DNA of 56,575 nucleotides from Candidatus Hydrogenedentota bacterium (GCA_029974275.1 JARKSN010000278.1:1-56575); one strand, 5' to 3'; shown: positions 40,959 through 49,993, numbered from the stretch's first letter. The notes: generated by a model from the letters alone, not told the origin. A program made the numbers and translations.

Positions 40959-40992
40959 GATAATGATAGAGTAATTTGATAACTATTATCAA
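40959..40992 (-). promoter_or_regulatory. cysK operon promoter overlapped by an AT-rich palindromic operator
   Basis: Minus strand TTGATA-N18-TATCAT; palindrome TTGATAA-CTA-TTATCAA at 40976-40992. Confidence 0.6.
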
Positions 40993-41048
40993 GTATCCGT
41001 TTTTTGTGGGAGTAACGCAGGATTTGCCGTGGGAGAATGCGGTATTCC

Positions 41049-41077
41049 TTGCATCGCGGCGTGTTCGGGCCTATAAT
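41049..41077 (+). promoter_or_regulatory. Putative sigma70 promoter of tatA
   Basis: TTGCAT-N17-TATAAT. Confidence 0.65.
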
Positions 41078-41124
41078 CAGGGGCGAGGCGAGAGTTTGGT
41101 TGGATAACAGTAAAGGAGCATGTC

Positions 41125-41307
41125 GTGGGCGCCTTTAGCATTTGGCATTTGCTGATTTTGCTTATTATCGTGTTGGTGGTTTTTGGGGCGGGCAAGCTGC
41201 CGGAGGTTGGCAAGGCTTTGGGCACGGCCATTCACCAATTCAAGACGTCGGTGAGCGAGGGCGAGGAGAAGGCGGCTGCCAAGCCGGATGACGAGCCGAA
41301 GGCGTGA
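41125..41307 (+). CDS. tatA: Twin-arginine translocase TatA/E
   Basis: SIWHLLILLIIVLVVFGAGKLPEVGKALG..I..FK; AAGGAG RBS. Confidence 0.95.
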   Translation: MGAFSIWHLLILLIIVLVVFGAGKLPEVGKALGTAIHQFKTSVSEGEEKAAAKPDDEPKA

Positions 41308-41320
41308 GGGGCGCGGCTGA

Positions 41321-42691
41321 TCAGCGGATGTCGTATTCTTTGATTTTTCGGTAGAGTGTGCGCAATCCGATACCGAGGGTGTGGGCGCATTGTTCTTTGT
41401 TGTAGCCGCAGAGTTTCATGGTTTCGGCGATGACGATGCGTTCGATGGCGGCCATGCTGCTGCCGGCGGGGATGCGTATTTCGCCGACGTCGGGGGTGGC
41501 TTTGTGGCGCAGGTGTTCGGGGATGTCGTCGACGTCGAGCGGTTTTCCTCCGCGTGACATCACGACCATGCCTTCGATGGTGTTTTTCAGTTCGCGGACG
41601 TTTCCGGGCCAGTCGTAGCGAGTGAGCACGTCTACGGCGTTGCGGGTGATTCCGTCGAGGCGTTTTCCGTTTGTCTCGGCGGCTTGGCGGAGGAAGTGGT
41701 CCACGAGCAGGGGCACGTCTTCGCGCCGTTGTCGCAGTGCGGGCATGGTCACGGCGACTACGCGCAGCCGGTAGTAGAGGTCGTCGCGGAAGGATCCGTC
41801 TTCCACCATTTTTTCGAGGGAGCGGTTGGTGGCCGCGATGAGGCGCACGTCGACGGTGATGGTGCGCGAGTCGCCCAGTCGTTCGAATTGTTGGTGTTCG
41901 AGCACGCGCAATAGTTTGGCTTGCAATGCTGGGGACAGTTCGCCCACTTCGTCTAGAAACAGCGTTCCCTTGTCGGCCAGTTCGAAGCGTCCTTGTCGTT
42001 TTTGGATGGCGCCGGTGAAGGCTCCGGGCACGTGTCCGAACAGTTCGCTTTCGACGAGCGCTTCGGGGATGCTGGCGCAGTTGAGTTTGACGAAGGGGGC
42101 GTCGCGTCGGGGGCTGTTGTTATGGATGGCTTGTGCGATGAGGTCTTTTCCGGTTCCTGTTTCGCCGTGGATGAGCACGGTTGCTCGGGTGGGGGCGATT
42201 TGCCGGACCAGTTCGCAGAGTTTGATGATGCGGGGCGATTTGCCGATGAAATTGGTCAGTCCGTAGTGTTCGTCGAGGCGGCGTTTTAGTTCGTATTGTT
42301 CGAGGATGAGTCGTTGTCGTCCGACGCCTCGTTCGATCACGGCTTCGAGTTTGCCGAGGTTGACCGGTTTTGTTTGGAAATCGTAGGCGCCTTGTCGCAT
42401 GGCTTCGGTGGCGAGTTCCACGTCGGGTTCTTCGGTGAGGAGGACGACGCATATTTCGGGGTTGCGGTCTTTTGCGACGGCCATCAGGCGCATTCCGTTG
42501 ATGCGGTGGCTGTTGAGTTCGGTGATCATTGCGTCAAAGGATTGGACGTCGAGGCGGTTGTAGGCTTTTTCGCCGTCGTCCACCCACTCCACGGCGTGTC
42601 CTTGGTCGGACAAATATCCCATGATGGCGCGGGCAATGGCGGGGTCGCGGTCAACCAGCAGTACGGAGGCTTTTGGCGCGTGATCGATCAT
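41321..42691 (-). CDS. Sigma54-dependent NtrC-family activator with atypical receiver domain
   Basis: REC domain, GETGTGKD, GAFTGA, LFLDEV, WPGNVRELKN, Fis-type HTH (LGIGLRTLYRK). Confidence 0.93.
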   Translation of the reverse strand: MIDHAPKASVLLVDRDPAIARAIMGYLSDQGHAVEWVDDGEKAYNRLDVQSFDAMITELNSHRINGMRLMAVAKDRNPEICVVLLTEEPDVELATEAMRQGAYDFQTKPVNLGKLEAVIERGVGRQRLILEQYELKRRLDEHYGLTNFIGKSPRIIKLCELVRQIAPTRATVLIHGETGTGKDLIAQAIHNNSPRRDAPFVKLNCASIPEALVESELFGHVPGAFTGAIQKRQGRFELADKGTLFLDEVGELSPALQAKLLRVLEHQQFERLGDSRTITVDVRLIAATNRSLEKMVEDGSFRDDLYYRLRVVAVTMPALRQRREDVPLLVDHFLRQAAETNGKRLDGITRNAVDVLTRYDWPGNVRELKNTIEGMVVMSRGGKPLDVDDIPEHLRHKATPDVGEIRIPAGSSMAAIERIVIAETMKLCGYNKEQCAHTLGIGLRTLYRKIKEYDIR

Positions 42692-42815
42692 GGTGCATTC
42701 TCGCGGTGCAAAGTGCGACTGTAGCAAAGACGGGCGGGGCGTTCAATGGGCGCGGGGCGGGGCGCGTTTTGGGTTTGAGTCATTAGATCTTTCTTTTCTC
42801 GGGATAGCCTTCCTA

Positions 42816-42883
42816 TGGTATGATCGGCTTTCGGCATATCAATATATTGTTGACAAAGGGCGGCACGGCCCGATAGATCGGAT
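42816..42883 (+). promoter_or_regulatory. Extended -10 promoter and tandem NrdR-like boxes upstream of thyX-nrdJ
   Basis: TGgTATGAT 42816-42824; tatCAATATATTGttg 42837-42852; weaker gccCGATAGATCGgat 42868-42883, 31 bp downstream. Confidence 0.65.
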
Positions 42884-42888
42884 TTTTT

Positions 42889-43671
42889 ATGAAGATGGTG
42901 ACGCCGCGCGTTTTTTTGGTGGGCGAGACGCGTGTTGTGGACGAGGGGTTGCAGGCTTTTTTGGAGCATGTTGGGGTTCCGGATTGGACGACGGATGCTC
43001 CGAGCGATGCGGAAAGGCTTAGCGAGGTCTATGGTCGGCTGTGTTATCGTTCGTTTGGGCCGGGGTTGAATCCGAATGTCACGCGTGTGCGTGAGGGGAA
43101 TGGGTCGTATCTGGGGAATGTCATCCAGGTGGGGCATGGCAGCGTGCTGGAGCACGCGGTGGTGAATTTTATTTTTGCGGATGTGAGTCGCGTGTTTACG
43201 CATGAGCTTGTGCGGCATCGCGCGGGGACGGCGGTTTCGCAGGAGTCGTTGCGTTTTGTCCGGTTGGATCGTTTGTCGGCGTATGTGCCGACGCACATTC
43301 AGGAAAATGAAGAGAGCATGCAGGTGTTTTTGCGAACGCTCGAGCAGCTCGAGGAGGTTCAGCAAACGCTTGCCAGGGCTTTTGGGATAGAGGAAGAGAA
43401 GGCGTTTTCGGTGAAGAAGAAGTTGACTTCGGCGTTTCGTCGCGTGGCTCCGATTGGTCTTGCGACGACGATTGGTTGGTCGTGCAATTTTCGCGCGTTG
43501 CGGCATGTCGTGGAAGCGCGCACTGCGCCGGATGCGGAGGAGGAGATTCGGTTGGTGTTTGGGATGGTGTATGAGCAGGTCCGGGATCGGTATCCTCATT
43601 TGTTGGGCGATTACGAGGCTGTTGAGGTCGACGGGTTGCCGCATGTGCGCACGGTGAATCGGAAGGTGTGA
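42889..43671 (+). CDS. thyX: FAD-dependent thymidylate synthase
   Basis: GRLCYRS, GHGSVLEH, HELVRHR..SQESLRF, NFRALRH, EEEIR. Confidence 0.95.
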   Translation: MKMVTPRVFLVGETRVVDEGLQAFLEHVGVPDWTTDAPSDAERLSEVYGRLCYRSFGPGLNPNVTRVREGNGSYLGNVIQVGHGSVLEHAVVNFIFADVSRVFTHELVRHRAGTAVSQESLRFVRLDRLSAYVPTHIQENEESMQVFLRTLEQLEEVQQTLARAFGIEEEKAFSVKKKLTSAFRRVAPIGLATTIGWSCNFRALRHVVEARTAPDAEEEIRLVFGMVYEQVRDRYPHLLGDYEAVEVDGLPHVRTVNRKV

Positions 43672-43788
43672 GAGGGTTTGGGAGGCGCCGGTTTTTTGGG
43701 GCGGTTTGAGGCGGGTCTGGATCGGGAAGGTTGGCTGTAGGCCATTGAATTATTTTGGGGCGGCATTTCATTTTTTGCGGAGGCGGCC

Positions 43789-45915
43789 ATGTTGTTTAGC
43801 GCGCGGGAACGTTTTTTTCTTGAGGATTCTTTTTTGGATGGGTTTCGGGGGCGGCAGCCGGAGTGGGGGCCGCTTGGTTATTTCACGTTCAAGCGGACGT
43901 ATGCGCGCGTGGTTGATGGGGCGGCGCAGCGCACGGAGGAGTATTGGGAAACGATTCGGCGCGTGGTTGAGGGGTGTTACACGATTCAGTTGAATCATTG
44001 TCGCAGCTTGAAGCTTCCGTGGAATCCGCAAAAGGCTCAGCGTTCGGCGCAGGAGATGTTCCGGTTGATGTGGGGGTTCAAGTTTTTGCCGCCGGGGCGC
44101 GGGCTGTGGATGATGGGCACGGATTATATATATGAGCGTGGGTCGGCGGCGTTGAACAATTGCGCTTTTGTGTCGACGGACCAGATAGAGTTCACGTTTT
44201 CGGAGCCGTTTTGTTTTTTGATGGACATGTCGATGTTGGGGGTGGGGGTTGCGTTCGATACGCTTGGCGCGGGCAAGGTGACGGTCGTGAAGCCGGAGAC
44301 GGGGGCGTTTGCGTATCTTGTCGAGGATTCGAAGGAGGGGTGGGTCGATCTGGTCCGTTGTCTTCTGGAGAGTTATGCGGGCAAGGGGAAGCGTCCGGAG
44401 CACATTGATTTTTCGCATGTTCGTCCGATGGGGTCGCCGATTCGCACGTTTGGCGGCATCGCTCCGGGTCCGGGTCCGTTGATGGAGTGCGTCGAGAACA
44501 TTGACAAGGTGTTGACGCCTCGGATGGGCGCGGCGATCACGTCGAGCGACATCACGGATTTGATGAATGTCATTGGCAAGTGCGTGGTGTCGGGGGGGGT
44601 GCGGCGGACCGCGGAGTTGGCGTTGGGCAGCGCCGATGATGCGGATTATCTGAAGCTCAAGGATCCGGAGTTGCATCCGGAGCGGATGATGGCGTGGCGT
44701 TGGGCGTCGAACAACAGCATTGCGGCGTCTGTGGGCATGGATTACGCGGCGGTTGGCCAGCAGACCGCCAAGAATGGGGAGCCGGGTTATTTTTGGTTGG
44801 ACAATGCGCGGGCGTATGGTCGTCTCAAGGATGGCGTCACGTATGCGGACGCCAAGGTTTCGGGGACGAATCCTTGCGCGGAGCAGAGTCTCGAGTCGTA
44901 TGAGATATGCAATTTGGTGGAGACGTTTCCGTCGCTTCATGGGAGTTATGAGGAGTATGAGCGCACGCTGAAGTTTGCGTATTTGTATGCGAAGACGGTG
45001 ACGCTTGTGCCGACGCACAATGAGCGGACCAATGCGATCATGTTGCGCAATCGCCGGATTGGGTTGTCGCAGTCGGGCATCATCGAGTCGTTTGAGCGTC
45101 ATGGACGCCGCGCGCATTTTCAGTGGTGCGACAAGGGGTATGCGTATATTTGCAAGCAGGATCGCATATATTCGCAGTGGTTGTGCATTCCGGAGAGCAT
45201 CAAGAAGACCAGCGTCAAGCCCAGCGGCACGGTTTCGTTGTTGCCGGGGGTGACGCCGGGGATTCATTATCCGCATTCCGAGTTTTACTATCGCACGGTT
45301 CGGATCGACAAGACGAGTCCGTTGGTGGAGCCGATCCGCAAGGCGGGTCACCGCATTGAGGAGTCTGTGTACGGCGATAACACGCTGGTGGTTTATTTTC
45401 CCGTGAAGCAGAAGCATTTTCATCGGTCCAAGCGGGATGTTTCGTTGTGGGAGCAGGTGGAGAATGTTGCGCAAATGCAGCATTATTGGGCGGATAATCA
45501 GGTTAGCGCGACGATCACGTTTGATGCCGAGGAGGCGCAGGATTTGCCGCATATTTTGGAGTTGTATGAGCCGCGTTTGAAGTCGATCAGTTTTTTGCCG
45601 TTGAAGGATCACAATTATGCGCAGGCTCCGTATCAGGAAATCACGGAGGAGATGTATGTGCATGCGGCGGCGCGGATCAAGCCCCTTGATTTTGGCAATT
45701 TGAAGACGGATGAGGCGCAGGACTTGTATTGCGATGGCGACAAGTGTTCGTTGCCGGTCCAGGAGGCGGAGCTTGAGGTTGTGCCGCAGGAGGAGTTTGC
45801 GTTCAGTTTTCCGAGCGAGGCGGTCGCGGATGGCGGGGATGGCGGCAATGGCAACGGCGGCGCGGCGGTTTCGTCGGGGTTGGAGAAGCCTCAGGCGAAG
45901 TCGTCGCATGCATAA
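43789..45915 (+). CDS. nrdJ: Class II (adenosylcobalamin-dependent) ribonucleotide reductase, monomeric RTPR type
   Basis: PPGRGLW, ALNNC, GGVRRTA, GTNPCAEQ..CNLVE, VKPSGTVS, CDGDKC. Confidence 0.93.
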   Translation: MLFSARERFFLEDSFLDGFRGRQPEWGPLGYFTFKRTYARVVDGAAQRTEEYWETIRRVVEGCYTIQLNHCRSLKLPWNPQKAQRSAQEMFRLMWGFKFLPPGRGLWMMGTDYIYERGSAALNNCAFVSTDQIEFTFSEPFCFLMDMSMLGVGVAFDTLGAGKVTVVKPETGAFAYLVEDSKEGWVDLVRCLLESYAGKGKRPEHIDFSHVRPMGSPIRTFGGIAPGPGPLMECVENIDKVLTPRMGAAITSSDITDLMNVIGKCVVSGGVRRTAELALGSADDADYLKLKDPELHPERMMAWRWASNNSIAASVGMDYAAVGQQTAKNGEPGYFWLDNARAYGRLKDGVTYADAKVSGTNPCAEQSLESYEICNLVETFPSLHGSYEEYERTLKFAYLYAKTVTLVPTHNERTNAIMLRNRRIGLSQSGIIESFERHGRRAHFQWCDKGYAYICKQDRIYSQWLCIPESIKKTSVKPSGTVSLLPGVTPGIHYPHSEFYYRTVRIDKTSPLVEPIRKAGHRIEESVYGDNTLVVYFPVKQKHFHRSKRDVSLWEQVENVAQMQHYWADNQVSATITFDAEEAQDLPHILELYEPRLKSISFLPLKDHNYAQAPYQEITEEMYVHAAARIKPLDFGNLKTDEAQDLYCDGDKCSLPVQEAELEVVPQEEFAFSFPSEAVADGGDGGNGNGGAAVSSGLEKPQAKSSHA

Positions 45916-46032
45916 GGGGGAGTTGGAGCGCGCCTTGCCCTTTTTTTCATAGCAGATCACTATGGTATCCTTGCGCCGACGTGCGAGAGGGTAGCCCGCG
46001 TTTGGGGGGGGCAAAACGGGGAGGCGTGTGTC

Positions 46033-47295
46033 ATGAAATTGCGGAAAAAGAGGTCGTGGTTGGCATGCGCGGGGATGTTGTTCGCGTGCATCATGACGTT
46101 TATGTCCGCTGTGTTCGCCGACCTGCCTTGCGACGTGGACGCCTCGGGAGCCGTGGATGCGGTGGATGTCCAATTGGTCATCAACGGCGCGCTACGGCTC
46201 GACACATGGCCCTATAGCACCGATGTCGACTCCTCGGGAGCCACCGACGCGATGGACGTCCAACTCGCCATCAACGCGGCCTTGCGGCTTCCGGTCGTCC
46301 TGCCGCCGCGCGTCACGGTTTTCACGTTGGGCCAGGTCGTGGTCGATCCCGTCGTGACCCTCAACAACGTCTGCACCGGCAATCCCACGCACTACATGGC
46401 CTCGGAGTCGCCCAGTTTCAGCGGAGCGTCGTGGCAGACGTATTCGGCGGCGCCGTCGTTCACGCTTTCCTCGGGCAACGGCGTCAAGACCGTCTACTTC
46501 AAGGTGAAGAACGGCGCGGGCGAGTCGGCGGCGGTCAGCGACACGATCACGCTGAACGAGCCCGAAGAAACCATCTTGCTTTCGGGCGAGGTTCCGCTGG
46601 AGATGGTGTGGATACCGGGCGGGACATTCATGATGGGGCGGTATCCGGGAGAGCAGGAGAGTTCTTCAATAGAAGACCCGCAGCGCCAGGTGACGCTGCC
46701 CGGTTTTTGGATGGCTAAGCATGAGTTGACGAAACGCCAGTGGGTGGCGGTGATGGGCACGACGCCGTGGTCCGGAGAAGACTACGTGTTGGACGACCTG
46801 GACAGCCCTGCGGTGTATGTATCGTGGGACGATGCGAAGTCGTTTATCACAGCGTTGAATGGGTTGACGGGCAAGACGTTCCGGTTGCCCTCGGAGTCGG
46901 AGTGGGAGTATGCGTGCCGTGCGGGCACGATAACTCGATTCTACTGGGGGGATGATCCCGACTACGCGGTGGGCAACGCCTATTGCTGGTGGACATACAA
47001 CGCTTGGGACGTCAACGAAGGATACGCGCACGTGGTGGGTCTTAAGCTTCCGAACACGTTTGGCTTGTATGACATGCACGGGAATGTTTGGGAGTGGTGT
47101 GAGGACGACTGGCACTGGGGGTACTCGGGTGCGCCGACGGATGGCAGCGCTTGGGTGGATTCGCCGAGAGGATCGCTCCGCATGGTGCGGGGTGGTGGCT
47201 GGGGTGACGGCGGTTCCTACTGCCGGTCCGCGCGCCGCTTCAGCAACATCCCCTCGGACGCGTACGGCACCGGCGGGTTCCGCCTCTGCAGGTGA
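46033..47295 (+). CDS. Secreted protein: dockerin-like repeats, beta-rich linker domain, FGE-sulfatase (SUMF1, C-type lectin fold) domain
   Basis: Signal peptide; DVDASGAVDAVDVQLVIN / DVDSSGATDAMDVQLAIN; IPGGTFMMG, FRLPSESEWEYACRAG, PNTFGLYDMHGNVWEW, RGGGW..GFR. Confidence 0.9.
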   Translation: MKLRKKRSWLACAGMLFACIMTFMSAVFADLPCDVDASGAVDAVDVQLVINGALRLDTWPYSTDVDSSGATDAMDVQLAINAALRLPVVLPPRVTVFTLGQVVVDPVVTLNNVCTGNPTHYMASESPSFSGASWQTYSAAPSFTLSSGNGVKTVYFKVKNGAGESAAVSDTITLNEPEETILLSGEVPLEMVWIPGGTFMMGRYPGEQESSSIEDPQRQVTLPGFWMAKHELTKRQWVAVMGTTPWSGEDYVLDDLDSPAVYVSWDDAKSFITALNGLTGKTFRLPSESEWEYACRAGTITRFYWGDDPDYAVGNAYCWWTYNAWDVNEGYAHVVGLKLPNTFGLYDMHGNVWEWCEDDWHWGYSGAPTDGSAWVDSPRGSLRMVRGGGWGDGGSYCRSARRFSNIPSDAYGTGGFRLCR

Positions 47296-47504
47296 TTGAT
47301 GCTTGCTCGCTTTGTTCCTGCAGAGCGCGGCGAGTGGCGAAATGCAGTGGTCTTGGAGCAAGGGGCGAGAGGCGTTTTTAAGCGGTTTTGACGATGCCGT
47401 CGTTGCGGGATTTTCTGGTTGACGCGGAGGCCCTGTCCGTAGGGCCGTGCGTTTCGGCAATCTCCGGGTCGGTGGCGCATGAAAATGGTTTCCGGTGATT
47501 TTTC

Positions 47505-47746
47505 GTAGCGCCCGGTCTCCGTGCCGGGCGCTACGCGTCGGAGAATTCGCGCTTGGTGCGATGCTTGTTTTTCGTTGTGTCCGTTGTGGTCGTGGTGGCG
47601 GGAATCCGGAATGGAACCACGACGTCCGGAAGGAGTTCTCTGCGATCTTTGCGCCCTCCGCGCCTGTGCGTTGAAGCATCTTAACGCAGAGGCGCGGAGA
47701 ACGCTGAGAAAAGAAGAGAAGAACCGCCCGGCACGGAGACCGGGCG
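47505..47746. repeat. Solo diverged copy of the composite repeat unit, bounded by two REPs
   Basis: GTAGCGCCCGGTCTCCGTGCCGGGCGCTAC at 47505-47534, colinear unit body, REP lacking CTAC at 47725-47746. Confidence 0.9.
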
Positions 47747-47946
47747 GGAAACGTGGCCCTTGCGCAATTTCCGGGCTGTCTGTTTGATTGGAGTGCGTTT
47801 TTTTGTTAGCGTACCCGGATTGTTTTTGCAGGCGCAACCGCCGCAGGAAGCCTGTTTATGGCGTTTTGGGGCGCGGTTGGGGGATGTGGCGGACGCGCAA
47901 GAGCCCTTGTTTTCGTCGCAGGGGCCAGCGCTATCAGGAGGACCTC

Positions 47947-49092
47947 ATGAAAGTCGGTTTTTACGGACACACCAGGCAGTATCACAATCTGAAGGCGGAC
48001 TTGGACAAGGCGATCAGCGACGTGCTCGAATCGGGCGCGTATGTCATGGGCCCGGCGTTGGCGAAGTTCGAGAAGGAACTGGCCGAGTGCCACGGCATGA
48101 AGTATGCCGTCGGGCTGAACTCCGGCACGGACGGGTTGTGGTTGCCGTTGATGGCGTTGGGCGTGGGGCCGGGCGATGAAGTCATCACGACGTCGAACAC
48201 CTTCTTCGCGACGGCGGAAGCCATTTGGATCGCGGGCGCGACGGCGGTGTTTGTGGACAGCGATCCGCTCACGAACAATATCGACGTGACGAAGATCGAG
48301 GAGGCCATCACGCCGAAAACAAAGGCGATTATCCCCGTGCACCTCTACGGTCAGTGCGCGCAGATGGACAAGATCGCCGAGATCGCCAAGAAGCACAAGC
48401 TGTTTGTCATCGAGGACAACGCCCAATCGTTCGACGCGGCGGGCGCGAATTTCAAGATCGGCGAGCTGTCGGACGCGGTGTCGACGAGTTTCATCATTCA
48501 GAAGAACCTGGGCACCTTCGGCGATGGCGGCGCGATTATCACCAACAACGAGCGCATCGCCACCGAAGTCAAGCGCCTGCGCAACCACGGTTCGCTCAAG
48601 CGCAGCGTCCACTCGTTCGGCTTCAACAGCCGTCTCGACGACCTGCACGCCGCCATCCTCAGCGTCAAGCTGAAGCACATCCACGCGTGGTCGAACCGCC
48701 GCGCCGAGATCGCCGCGATGTACACGAAGGCGCTGTCGGGCACGTCGTTCAAACTGCCGCACACGTTGCCGGGCTACCGCCACGTTTTCCACCTTTACGT
48801 CGTCGAGACGCAGGATGGCAAGCGCGACGAGATGCTCGCGTTCCTCGAATCGCAGGGCGTTGATGCGAAGTGCCACTACCCGATCGCGATCCACCAACAG
48901 GAAGGCTATCCTTGGGGCAAGCAAGCCCGCATCGTGGGCAGCCTGAAGAACACCGAAGCCAACGCCGCGAATTGCATCTCGTTGCCGATGTTCCCCGAAC
49001 TGACCCAGGAAGAGATCGATTTCGTGATCGTGAAGGTCCTCGAGTGGTGCAACAAGAAGCCGTCCTGCGGCTGCGGTTGCGGCTGCGGATAA
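47947..49092 (+). CDS. DegT/DnrJ/EryC1/StrS PLP-dependent sugar aminotransferase
   Basis: NSGTD, GPGDEVIT, PVHLYGQ, IEDNAQ, KNLGTFGDGG, NSRLD, SLPMFP; AGGAGG RBS. Confidence 0.93.
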   Translation: MKVGFYGHTRQYHNLKADLDKAISDVLESGAYVMGPALAKFEKELAECHGMKYAVGLNSGTDGLWLPLMALGVGPGDEVITTSNTFFATAEAIWIAGATAVFVDSDPLTNNIDVTKIEEAITPKTKAIIPVHLYGQCAQMDKIAEIAKKHKLFVIEDNAQSFDAAGANFKIGELSDAVSTSFIIQKNLGTFGDGGAIITNNERIATEVKRLRNHGSLKRSVHSFGFNSRLDDLHAAILSVKLKHIHAWSNRRAEIAAMYTKALSGTSFKLPHTLPGYRHVFHLYVVETQDGKRDEMLAFLESQGVDAKCHYPIAIHQQEGYPWGKQARIVGSLKNTEANAANCISLPMFPELTQEEIDFVIVKVLEWCNKKPSCGCGCGCG

Positions 49093-49133
49093 TATCGCGA
49101 CGATGGGCGCGCCTTGCGGCGCCGAGAGCGAGC

Positions 49134-49188
49134 AAAAAACGGGCAATCCCGTGACGGCGCGTCGCGTTGCCGCGGGATTGCTTGTTTT
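49134..49188 (+). terminator. Probable intrinsic terminator
   Basis: AAAAAACGGGCAATCCCG...CGGGATTGCTTGTTTT hairpin with A and T tracts after the DegT stop. Confidence 0.6.
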
Positions 49189-49258
49189 GTTGTTGCACGG
49201 GTAGGCGTTTTGAGAGGGGCCATGTGGCGAGGCGGCGATCGTGTACGGGCGAGGCATC

Positions 49259-49993
49259 ATGCGCGTTGAGCGGCTGTTGGATATCTCATGCGGCAGTCCG
49301 GATCTCGACCTTGCGACGGAAGAGGCCATACTCGATGCCGTTGAAACGGGGCAAAGTCCGGGCACGCTTCGTTTTTGGGAGAGCCCCTGCACGTTCGTCG
49401 TGGCGGGGGTGGGGCAAGTTCTTCGAGAGGTCGTGAATCTCGATGCGTGCCAGGCGGACGGCGTCCCCGTGCAACGGCGCTGTTCGGCGGGGGGCTGCGT
49501 GCTGCAAGGCCCGGGTTGTCTTAATTATGCGCTTTTCTTATCGTATGCCCAGCATCCGGAGGTGGCGCAGCTTCGCCCCTCGTACGCCTATCTTCTTGGC
49601 TTGCTCTGCCAGGCGTTTCAGGCGGGGGGGATAGCGTTGGCGCCTGCCGGCATTTCAGACATCGCCGTTGCTGGGGTGAAGGTGAGCGGTCATGCGCAGA
49701 AGCGAAGGCGGCGCGCCCTGCTGCATCATGGCACGCTGTTGTATGGGATGTCGTGGGAATGGATGGCGCGGTATCTTCCCGAGCCGCGGGATCGCCCCGC
49801 CTATCGAGCGGCGCGGCGACATGGCGAATTCGTGGCGAATCTCCCGCTCGACGCCGCGGCATTGCGCGGCATTGTGCGGACGGCGTTCGGCGCGCCGGAA
49901 ACGCCGTCCGTGATGACAGCGCACGAGAACGGTTTAGCGACGGCGCTCGCGGAGGGAAAATACCGCGATCCGGAGTGGATTTACAGGCGATAA
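49259..49993 (+). CDS. Lipoate-protein ligase A family protein
   Basis: LRFWE, RRCSAGGCVL..PGCLNY, SDI..KVSGHAQ, HHGTLL. Confidence 0.88.
   Translation: MRVERLLDISCGSPDLDLATEEAILDAVETGQSPGTLRFWESPCTFVVAGVGQVLREVVNLDACQADGVPVQRRCSAGGCVLQGPGCLNYALFLSYAQHPEVAQLRPSYAYLLGLLCQAFQAGGIALAPAGISDIAVAGVKVSGHAQKRRRRALLHHGTLLYGMSWEWMARYLPEPRDRPAYRAARRHGEFVANLPLDAAALRGIVRTAFGAPETPSVMTAHENGLATALAEGKYRDPEWIYRR

Noticed and set aside
43672..43788. Cobalamin riboswitch before nrdJ
   Set aside because: Interval is short and no B12-box motif was recognised
42889..45915. Prophage origin of thyX plus monomeric nrdJ
   Set aside because: No phage structural or integrase genes; NrdR-like boxes and composition match the flanking host DNA
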